A stretch of 37,552 nt of DNA from Chiloscyllium plagiosum (taxonomy: Eukaryota): NCBI RefSeq assembly GCF_004010195.1, contig NC_057719.1:48467896-48505447 (forward strand), read 5' to 3'. Under the pieces are notes generated by a model. That model was not told the origin of the DNA. It saw only the letters and a program-made list of their open reading frames with translations, and made no database searches. The first letter of the stretch is position 1. The number at the start of each line of letters is the position of its first letter. This document shows positions 1-9,716 of the stretch, piece after piece. Position numbers and translations under genes: made by a program.

Positions 1-211
1 CTGGCTAATGCACCTAACACTATGGGCAATTTAGCATGGCCAATTCACCTGACCTGCACATCTTTGGACCTGTGGGAGGAAACCGGAGCAAACCCACGCA
101 GACACAGGGAGAATGTGCAAACTCCACACAGACAGTCGCCCAAGGCTGGAATCAAACCTGAGACCCTGGTGCTGTGAGGTAGCAGTGCTAACCATTGAGC
201 CACTGTGCCGC
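1..211 (-). mobile_element. HE1-type tRNA-derived SINE (partial, cut by window edge)
   Basis: Reverse complement is homologous to the copies at 3669 and 18448 (ggcacagtggctcaatggttagcactgc... with A/B-box-like head). Confidence 0.85.
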
Positions 212-395
212 TTAAGGTTTAAGGTGAGAGGGGAAAGATTTAAAAGGCACCTAAGGGGCAGTGTTTTCATGCAGAGGATGGTGCGAGTATGGAATAAGCT
301 GCCAGAGAAGTGGTGGAGGCTGATACAGTTACAGCGTTGAAAAGACATTTGAATGGATATATGAATAGGAAGGGTTTAGTGCGATAAGGGCCAAA
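212..395 (+). mobile_element. CR1-type LINE 3' fragment
   Basis: Translates to FKVRGERFKRHLRGSVFMQRMVRVWNKLPE, the CR1 ORF2 C-terminus also seen at 14640-14750. Confidence 0.85.
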
Positions 396-399
396 TGAT

Positions 400-662
400 G
401 ATGCGGGGGGGGGGAAAGGAGGGGTGGGAGGAGAGATGGGAGAGCAGGTGGGGTGGTGGGAGGTTGTTGAAATTGCTCAGTGGGAAGGTTGGAGCAGATA
501 GCCTGGACATGAGGTAAGACTTCGGGGGGGGGGTCAGTATTTTGAAGCTGGTGAAGTCAATATTGAAACCATTGGACTGTAAACTCCCCAGTTTGGCCTG
601 AAACATTGACATTCCTGCTTCTCACATGCTATCTGACTTGCTGTGCTTTTCCAGCTTCACCG
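400..662. mobile_element. Penelope-like element remnant with inverted junction at ~590
   Basis: Minus strand encodes LGSLQSNGFNIDFTSFKI (PLE GIY-YIG C-terminus-like) followed by a C-rich 3' UTR. The plus strand from ~591 carries the pseudo-LTR segment gcctgaaacattgac...ctgtgcttttccagc, homologous to the reverse complement of 2030-2100 and 37320-37380. Confidence 0.65.
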
Positions 663-689
663 CTATTGACCTGTGCCAATTATGTGCCT

Positions 690-1305
690 TAGGAACATAA
701 GAATAGGAGTCGGTCATTCAGCCCCTCAAGGCTGTACCATCATTCACTGAGATCATGGCTAGTCTGTGGCTTAACTCCATATACCTGTCTTTGGCCCATA
801 TCCCTTAATAGCTTTCCTTAACAAAATGTATCTGTCTCACATATGAAATTAACATCTGATCCAGCATCCACTGCCATTTGTGGAAGAGTGGTCCAAATAT
901 CTGCACCTTTTATGTATAGAAGTGTTTTCTAACATTTCTCCTGAACAATCTGTTGTTAATTCTTAGACTGTGCCCGCAAGTTCTAGAATCCCCAACCAGT
1001 GGTAATAGTGTATCTTTATCTACCCTATCATTTCCGTTGATATCTTGAAGACTTTGATCAGATTACCCCTTAACCTTCTAAATTCTAGAGAAAACAGATC
1101 TGATTTGTATAATTCTCCTCATAACTTAACCCTTGAATTCTAGGTATCATTTTTGCAAACTTACATTGTATTCCCTCCAAGGCCAATATATTCTTCCTAA
1201 AGTGTGCTGCCCAGATCTGCTCATAGTACTCCAAGTGGGCTCTAACCAGGGCTTTGTATAACAGCAGCATAAGTCCTACACTCTTGAACTGCAGTCCTCT
1301 AGGTA
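690..1305 (-). mobile_element. CR1-type LINE 3' portion
   Basis: ORF 1085-1270 reads LYKALVRAHLEYYEQIWAAH...LEGIQ; CR1-type tail near 690-730. Confidence 0.85.
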
Positions 1306-2025
1306 TAAAAGTAATGTGCCATTTTCTACACCTCCCAACCCCAACGATGTGTCTGTGCTGTCCTGAGATCTGTAGCTGGCTTAGAGGGTGTCTATCCTAT
1401 AGTTGAACCTATTGACCTTGGAGGTTTGGTTAGGCAATGCCAAGAGTATTTGTCTCTAGAGGGCCCAGACATATTGAATGCGTCCCTGTCCACCAAGAAC
1501 TCCAGGTTCCTCATCAAATGGCAGGGTGCCAATATCCCGTTGTCTGCCATGTCCAGGACAAATTTCAGTAAATGTATAGGGCAACTCTGGATTGCCAGTG
1601 CTTCACCAAGCCACAACAATCTTGTAGAGTTGGCACTGGTACCAGGGATCCTATGATATCCTGGCAATGGTGCATATCTCCACTAATGCGAGTAGGAGAA
1701 TCCAACTAGCATTGGACATGAACTTGCCATAGAGGCATAGTAATAAAGTTTGGGTTGATCAAGAGAAAAATCTCACTTGGCCTTGTGGAGAAAAATCTCT
1801 CATGAAACTCAACAAAACTGATATTTTGCCAGTTTATGGTAAAAGGTAGTCCCATCTGGCGCTTTGAGTTTTATTAGTGTGTAGTGGGGAGTACACAACA
1901 GGAAATGCCGAAATTTCATTTTGATTTCATGTTAACTTAATTAACATTGGCTATTGTACTAAGGGCGCTTTCCATTCCTCCTCAATTTTCCAACAACTTG
2001 GTATGGAGCTGGGAAATTGAATTAG

Positions 2026-2150
2026 TCCAGAGTGTGGTGCTGGAAAAGCACAGCAGGTCAGGCAGCCTCCGAGGAGCAGGAGAATTGATGTTTTGGGTAT
2101 AAGCCCTTCATCAGGGGCTGATCTCCAGCATCTGCAGTCCTCACTTTCTC
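2026..2150 (-). mobile_element. Short Penelope-like insertion with decayed hammerhead motif and 17-bp TSD
   Basis: Exact direct repeat ctgggaaattgaattag at 2009-2025 and 2151-2167. Minus strand reads cctgatgaagggcttatacccaaaacatca, a CpG-decayed version of the 37366-37401 motif. Confidence 0.8.
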
Positions 2151-3165
2151 CTGGGAAATTGAATTAGCCAGGATTCTCTTTGCTACCAACCAGTGACTTC
2201 AGCTGGAAGTGTAAATGTGGACATTGGATGAGAATATATTTTGATTAGTCTTGGTGTTCTTTCTTTTCCCAGTGATTGTTAAGCCTGCTGTTTGTTTTTG
2301 TCTCGGCTAAGATTTGAACACATTGTCACATTGTGAGGTATTGAAAGTATTTTTAGAGAAAGAGAACATTGGCATGAAGGAAAATGTTATTGATGTAGTA
2401 ACTTCAGTGTGGAGTAATAGATGTGATTCTCAATGATTTCTGGACTTAAATCTATGTACTCAATCTTTTTTAAACTGTTTAGAATTTGTACCCAAATTTG
2501 TCATCTTTGAAACAATCTACATTTAATGGCAATTTTCAGCTGCAATCTGAAATTACTAGAGGTTTTTATAGCTTCAGACACCTGCTTCGTGAAGAACAAC
2601 TACAAAAGATACTTTGAATCATATACAAGGTTTGTGAATAATATATTTATTATTTGACCTGTAGGTTATCTGGTTCCGGAACATGTAAAGTGTTGAACTT
2701 CAGTTATGATATTCTCGATTAAGATTAAAATAAAGAGGGTTTTGTTTTACTTGAAATGTTGTACTCCAGCCATCACCATTCTTCCAAACAAATACAATCC
2801 ATCTCTTCAGCCAAATTAGCTTTGTCAGCCTCTCCTTATCCTGCAGTGTTATTGTTTTCACATTACCTCCACCCTGTTGCATCACATGCTCGCTGTGCAC
2901 TAGACACCAGCACTAAATAAACCCAACAACAGCTGCATCCCTTAACATGATCAATCAATCTGGACAGACAAGAACTAAACATTGTTATAGATATTTTCTG
3001 TCTTTTGTATGCTGCAAATTGCAATTTGCGGTTTTGTTAAGTTTTATTTTCATGAGCAGTTGATATACAAAATAGCTAACTATTGTTACAATAATTGTAC
3101 TGTTAAAAGCCAGTTGGAAGTCTAAAGAAATGTATTAATGTGCTTCTCTATTTTATACTTCATAG

Positions 3166-3267
3166 GCGGTCAGTTGTAAAGGGCAACATAGCATCTCATA
3201 TACGCTATCCAGAAACCAAACTGTGGTGGTCGAGTATACTCATGACAAGGACACTGACATGTTTCAG
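3166..3267 (+). CDS. PELI2: Pellino-2 internal coding exon (102 bp), AVSCKGQHSISYTLSRNQTVVVEYTHDKDTDMFQ
   Basis: Manual translation matches the recalled vertebrate Pellino-2 FHA-region peptide (SCKGQHSISYTLSRNQTVVVEYTHDKDTDMFQ). Flanked by a pyrimidine tract plus ttcatAG and by GTgaga; phase 0. Not in the supplied ORF track. Confidence 0.95.
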
Positions 3268-3298
3268 GTGAGACCTCATTACTCTCTGTATTTGAGTA

Positions 3299-3412
3299 GG
3301 CGATGCAGAGGACTTGTGTGGTGTCCCTACCTTTGAGCTAGGAGGCCTCCATTCAAGTCCAACTTGCTCTAGGGGTGTATCATGACCAGGCTGATCAGGT
3401 TGATTTAAAAAA
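3299..3412 (+). mobile_element. Short degenerate tRNA-like SINE
   Basis: gtggtgtccctacctttgagctaggaggcc...ttcaagtcc resembles a B-box-containing tRNA-like head, followed by an A-rich tail. Confidence 0.45.
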
Positions 3413-3668
3413 CAGAAAAAAGCCTATGTACTGTTTAGATTCTTAAAAGATACTACTTTATTATAATAATTCACCATATTGTTTGTAACAAAGTAAATTA
3501 AAATCATAAAGGTTTATGATTCAGTTTGTTGATTTATTGAATCTCACATGAGCTTCAGTTTGGGAATACTACACTTAGAATCAATATTCCTGGTTTTGAG
3601 GGGGCAACTGGTAGCTAGAATTTGTACTTCTTTAAATAATCTTATCATGATTCCCAAGAGAGTCATAT

Positions 3669-3992
3669 GGGCAGCACGGTGGCACAGTGGTTAGCACTGC
3701 TGCCTCACAGCGCCAGAGACCCGAGTTCAATTCCCGCCTCTGGCAACTCTCTGTGTGGAGTTTGCACATTCTCCCCGTGTCTGCGTGGGTTTCCTCCGGG
3801 TGTTCCGGTTTCCTCCCACGATCCAAAAATGTGCAGGTTAGGTGAATTGGCCATGCTAAATTGCCCGTAGTGTTAGGTGAAGAGGTAAATTTAGGGGAAT
3901 GGGTCTGGGTGGGTTGCGCTTCGGCGGGTCGGTGTGGACTTGTTGGGCCGAAGGGCCTGTTTCCACACTGTAAGTAATCTAATCTAATCTAA
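3669..3992 (+). mobile_element. Full-length HE1-type SINE
   Basis: A box tggcacagtgg, B box gagttcaattcc, central domain, CR1-like tail gggccgaagggcctgtttcc and (taatc)n terminus. Confidence 0.92.
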
Positions 3993-5649
3993 GAGAAGTG
4001 CACGATGATAGATACAGATTAGATTACGAAGCCCCTCAGAGTTGAACAACCTGTCTAGGCTGAGTTAAGCCAAGAACTGCATCAAACTGGCAAGCATATA
4101 CCATTACCTTCATGAGATGATAAGTAGAAAGAACAAAAAGTAACTTATTGTGCATACTAAAATTCCTGTGTCTTTTTAGTTTTTATGTGTTTGTAGGATA
4201 ATGTTTCCTGTATGAGACAGATCCATCAATTTTTGTATGTCTTTTCCCTAGGATTTCCTTCTAAGATCATTGGAGAATCTGTCTTCTCCACCTGTCTTCT
4301 AAAGTAAAACATTCAAGAAAACCTATTGTCCCAAACATTGAAAATTTAAGGGGATAAATCTGTACTTTCCACATATTGTCTTTTCCTTGGAAAGTTCTCA
4401 AAGATATATTTGTTACATTTGTCTTAACAACATTGAAAACTTAAACAGCAGAGAAATTTCCAGATGTTAAAGATTACCAGTGTTTGAATTTTAATTGTCT
4501 AATACATCAAAAGATCTAAAATTCATTAAATAAAATTTGTTATAATTGCTGTAGTGCTAGATTTACTGTCAGTGATATTATCAGACAAAAGACTAGCACA
4601 CTGACGTATCATTTCTGAATGTGCATATGTGGTTGATAGTTGAGTAGCCAAATAGCTGCGCTTCAATTAATGGTGTGGAAGAGAAACTTTAAGTTGGATT
4701 TTGCTGGTCAACGGATACAAATCTGTACTTAGAGTGGATGGAGATGAAATAGGAGGGCAAAGTTGGGTGGGACCTGATTCCAGATTTCCTGGCCCATTCC
4801 CATCATTTTCTTTAAGGGCACAGGATAGGATGCACACAGCAGTTGTGAAACTGGTGGTACTATTTTGGAGGTAGTGATTTCAGATCCCCTGCAATTTTCA
4901 CAGAGGCATGATTCACGCCATTTCAAAAGTGTTGTGAATAATATAGAAAACCTGTTCTTGAGTTGACAACTTTTTGATAAGTAATTGTAAATGGTGTTGT
5001 GAACTTCATATAATGTAATGATGTTTGATAAATTAAGTATGTTTTAACTGCAGTGCTTGATGAAGATGCCATTATGTAGACCAATGCTATGAATGCAGAA
5101 AAATCTTCTGATGTGTTAAATTAATTTATCTTGTCGATCAAATGCTTCTCCAAGTTGAACAGTATTGAGATTAAGATTTTATTGTGTCAATCGTACCCTG
5201 TCCTTTGATATTTTATTAATTCTTCACTCAGTCACCTGTCTAGGTTTGAAGCAGTGGAGCAGGTTAACACTTGGAAGTTTTATTGGACGTATTGTGCAAA
5301 TAAATATTACTATAAACTTTTGGGGTGAACTCCATTAGTTGAGCGGGCTGGGAAGGCCAGAAGCTCTTGTGGTATTGAGGAGACAATAATTGGTAACCAA
5401 CCTAGTAAACGGTGTTGTTCTATGCTCCTTTCCAATTATCACCAACACTAAGAAATTCCTGTTATGTGTGAGCATTTTTCCATCTTCTCCAACTAATTAC
5501 TTCTCTTCTCTTATACAGGCACTAACAGCTCTCAAGGAACCTCAACAAAGATACTACATTCTCAAACTTTGTGACAGTCCTACCTCTGATGAGGAAGTTT
5601 ATGAATCCTCAGAGGGTGCACTATCACAGAGACTTTGGCTTTGGTGGGA

Positions 5650-5935
5650 AATCTATCCAGGTTATTGGTAGTGTAGATGAGCAGAGAGATCTCGATGTTC
5701 AGGTACATAGATCCTTGAAAGTTGCCACCAAGGTTGATAGGGTTGTTAAGAAGGCATATGGTGTGTTACCTTTTATTGGTAGAGGGATTGAGTTTCTGAA
5801 CCATGAGATCATGCTGCAGCTGTACAAAACTCTGGTGCGGCCACATTTGGAGTATTGTGTACAGTTCTGGTCACCGCATTACAGGAAGGATGTGGAAGCT
5901 TTGGAAAGGGTTCAGAGGAGATTTACTAAAATGAT
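5650..5935 (+). mobile_element. CR1-type LINE internal fragment
   Basis: EQRDLDVQVHRSLK...LYKTLVRPHLEYCVQFWSPHYRKDVEALERVQRRFTKM. Confidence 0.9.
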
Positions 5936-6649
5936 GGTAGCCTCCTTGGAAATACACGTCACGCACAAGGCTCAGTGCCAGATATGCATTTAGAGCTATA
6001 ATCCCATCCCTTTAATCATGTATGTTCAGCGTCAGTGGCGAGACAGGAGAGGGATAAGGCATCTTGACCTCACTCCAGGTGCTCATTCCTGTCAGGAGAC
6101 AGGATTCTACCAGCAGACACCCACGGGGAGGCACCACAAGAGCTTCTTTGAAGATACTATAGAGGAGACCTTCCTCTCTGACTCCTCCCTGTGATCACAA
6201 AGCCTGCAGTATTTCAAGTTAAGGAGAGTGAGCCTAGTCTTTGGGCAGGAGAATCTTAGCTGGTCTGAGTCCTCGGCTGAAGTACATTGGTGATGACTTC
6301 CCACATCTTCCAAGGCAACATGATGAACTATAGAGCAGGCTCTCTACCCCCAGTTTGGACTTTGGGTCTGTGTTTAAACATAGTTGGAGGGAGAGAAAGA
6401 AGAAATATACTGAGGACAGATAGGTGGCCTGGGTGCCACCTCATTCTAAATACGCCATACTTTCAAAAATGTTCATGTACGTGCACTGCTTTGCTGTCTC
6501 TTGTACAATTATTATCTGCTCTTAATATACTAACAAGAGCATCATAAGTGCGAACCAGATGACAACTGAGGAGGCTCTTCATACATTCTAAGGATGTAAG
6601 ACTTTATAATTACAAAGAAATTATCATCTCTATCAAACAATTAGTTTGC

Positions 6650-7070
6650 TGAATATCGCTAAACTCTTCTCTCAGGCATCTTTGAACCTTAACTTTAGAA
6701 ATGGTAGGCAAATCATTGTACGTTAATGTGGTTGAGATTGAGGTGCAAGGTAATGTAATGGCATGGTGACCTTATGGTGAGAGGGCAGAATCATTGATGA
6801 GGCCATGCATCTAGGTGGGGAAAGGATTTGCCTTTCAAGGGAACTTTTTCAAGGGAGCACACTGAAATTCAGGGCTGTGACAAGTTCACTGGACAGTTCA
6901 CATGTCTATTGTGAATGCTGCAGTAAGTAGAAGTCAGATCAGTTCTCAGGATATCCAGTGCAGAGTGCAAAAAAACCCTGACATTAGCGATGACCATGAT
7001 AGCCACAGAGATGCAATTGCCATCCAGTCCCTTTGTGTGCAAGTCCGAGTACAACTGCTAGCATAGGTCT
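6650..7070 (-). mobile_element. Possible highly decayed PIF/Harbinger transposase fragment
   Basis: Minus-strand peptides DLHTKGLDGNCISVAIMVIA and HINVQ loosely match Harbinger motifs seen more clearly at 16810-17345. Confidence 0.35.
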
Positions 7071-7696
7071 GAGATGATGGATTGGGACGTTCTTATTCTT
7101 CTATGTCATTACCATTCTGTCATTTGAAGATAAATGCAGTGTTTGACTATACCTTTGCACTTCCTTGGTGGATGTTGCCCTGATGATTCTTCCTCTGGAA
7201 GTTATGCGGCATCATTGGAGGATTTTTATTGCTGAGCTTTCCAAAGCTCGTGTTTCTGATGTTTCCTTCTCAAAAGCAATGCTTTAAGAAAAGCTGATTG
7301 ATTGAAACCAGCCATTTCTGCTTAGTTGGAAGAGACTTTGAGGGCAAATTCAATGAGATGACAGTGTTATTAAAGGGATGCCTAAGCTCTCACATCCTTA
7401 ACAATCAAGCTGAATTTTATATCCTTACGCAAGATTGCTTGGAAGATAATAGTCATCCTCACTAAGGAAATCCAATGTAAGTGACCTTACCAAATGCATG
7501 GTGGACAACTAAAGTGTCCGTGTTCCATTGGGAGTAGGCTTCTGGCAGTAAGTTCACTACATTCTTTTCCACATCATATTTCTTGTCTTTGCTGACTTGT
7601 CATTTCTTTTGTGAGGATGTGGCAACTATTACGTATTGTCTTCCATTAATTATTATATATTGGCTTGGCCAATGAGAACTTCACATATTCATCGAT

Positions 7697-8192
7697 TCAT
7701 AGAAATGTACAGCACAGAAACAGACCCTTTGGTCCAACTCGTCCATGCCGATCAGATATCCTAACCTAATCTAGTCCCATTTGCCAATACTTGGCCCATA
7801 TCCTCTAAAGCCTTCCTCTTCATATACTCATCCAGATGTCTTTTAAATGTTGTCATTGTACCAGCCTCCACGACTTCCTCTGGCAGCTCCTTCCATACAT
7901 GCACCACTCTGCATGAGAATGTTGCCCCTTAGGACCCTTTTAAATTTTTCCCCTCTCACCCTAAACCTATGCCGTCTAGTTCTGGACTCCCCCACCACAG
8001 GAAAAAGACTTGTCTATTTACCCTATCCATGCCCCTCATGATCTTATAAACCTCTATAAGGTCACCCCTCAGCCGCTGACATTCCAGGCAAAATAGCCCC
8101 AGCCTATTCAACCTCTCCTTACTACTGAAACTCTCCAATCCTGGCAACATCCTTGTAAGTTTTTTTTACCCTTTCAAGTTTCACAACATGCT
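7697..8192 (-). mobile_element. CR1-type LINE 3' end
   Basis: ORF 7956-8150 reads MLPGLESFSSKERLNRLGLFCLECQRLRGDLIEVYKIMRG; tail is the reverse complement of the 14850-14912 type. Confidence 0.92.
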
Positions 8193-8410
8193 TCTTCTCC
8201 TTCAGCTTAGATCTCAGGGTGACAATCAACAGCCACAATGTACTACTCATGTTTGTTTCAAGATATAATTTAAGTGGATTGTTCGACCTGCAATGAAGTG
8301 TGAATCCACTTGGATATAATTAATCAATGGATTTCCACCGCAATTAATCCTTGTAGCACCTCAAAAAAAAATCCAAATTCTGCCCCCAGGTTAAAAAAAA
8401 AGCTGCTTAC

Positions 8411-8820
8411 TGTTGTGGACTAGGCCAGACCACTCAAAACCCTAGACCTAACTTTGGAATTTGTTTCAATAAGTGTATAGTGCAAATCACCTGGAGTAAG
8501 ATAGCTAGGTTGACTACTAGATTTTAAAACAGCCAAAAAAGTTATTCACAAAATTACACAATGAAACACAAAGAACAGAATAAAGAACTCCTACAGAATG
8601 CAACCTACCCAGCTAAACTTAATTTTGCTGTTCTGAATACACACAACAGTCCCAATAAGCAAACTCCTTTTAAAACCCAGTATAAATGGAACACATGCTT
8701 ACAGGAAGGGCAGAAAAGAGAGAGAGTTTCCACACAGCTCCCTGTTGAACTTCCCAGTTCACACCGAACTAAAAACTGCTCAGCTCAGCTAGAGACCTTG
8801 AAAACTGCCTGTGACCTAAC
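8411..8820. repeat. Unclassified interspersed repeat, possibly a solo LTR
   Basis: Begins TGTTGTGGAC; composition differs from the flanks; no coding motifs and no partner copy in the window. Confidence 0.25.
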
Positions 8821-9716
8821 CCCTGGACTGAACTCCCATCAGTCCCTTGACTGATTGGAGTCCATCCTCATCTCACTAATCACTCATCCCTTTTGACTTT
8901 CACAGTGTCATTTTCTTTAATTGCATGTCATGTGTTTACTGTATAAGCTGTCACACATGCTGCAGCTCTGCTGTACAAAAGAACACGTCCCTTGCACTGA
9001 CTGAATCATTTATTCTTTAGCGCTTCTCCTTCCTACAAGATGCCAGCCTCTCCTTTTGTGCTAACAAGCAGGTTAAATTACAGAAGCTGTCTTGCTGTAT
9101 CTCAGAACTTAATACCTACTACGCCAAAACACAGCTAAGGTACAGAAGATGCCTGGCACCTCAGCATAAAACAATTTGCCACAAACATGCAAGTCCTGAT
9201 TCTCCCTCCACTCCAATGTACGTGCTTGACATCCTCAGTTTGTACCTGAGCTGTCTTGACAACAAGTAAGATGAGTGTGGCTGCAGCTTTGTTGATACCA
9301 AGTTGCAAGGCTGAACATGGTTATTGACTATTGAGGTGTCTTCTGTGGATGAAGCTGTTCCTTGTATATACAAACTGTATGGCTGGCACAGCAATTCTGC
9401 AAGTTGCAATGAATATGGACAAGACAACAGCTACCCGCTATTAGATTTTAGTCTTGATTGTGGAGAGGATGCTAAAATGAAGAGTTGTGCATCTAATGAA
9501 ATACAAACAGGCCTCTCAATACTCATTGGCAGGATTCTGAGCTCACCAATATAAGGCATGAGGACTTAATTGCAAGAATTTCTAATGGATGGCAAGAATT
9601 TGATTTCTTGACTCTCTCTTGATTAAGTAATTTTGCTCATCATTATTCTTGTCACCTGAGAAAGAGTAAAATTCACCCCTGTACCATGCCTCATTAGGTT
9701 CAAACAAGTGATGACT

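Noticed and set aside
1392..1667. Overlapping ORFs on both strands, possibly another Harbinger remnant
   Set aside because: Motif resemblance is too weak to support without a search.
3669..3745. tRNA gene
   Set aside because: It is the tRNA-derived head of an HE1-type SINE, continuing into the SINE body and tail.
3632..3870. Short ORFs such as MCKLHT/CEAAVLTTVPP recurring at 113, 3632 and 18412
   Set aside because: Spurious translations of SINE copies, not a gene family.
5583..5615. CTGATGA inside the hairpin cctctgatgaggaagtttatgaatcctcagagg as a possible hammerhead
   Set aside because: No stem II followed by GAAA, no palindromic stem III and no PLE flanks.
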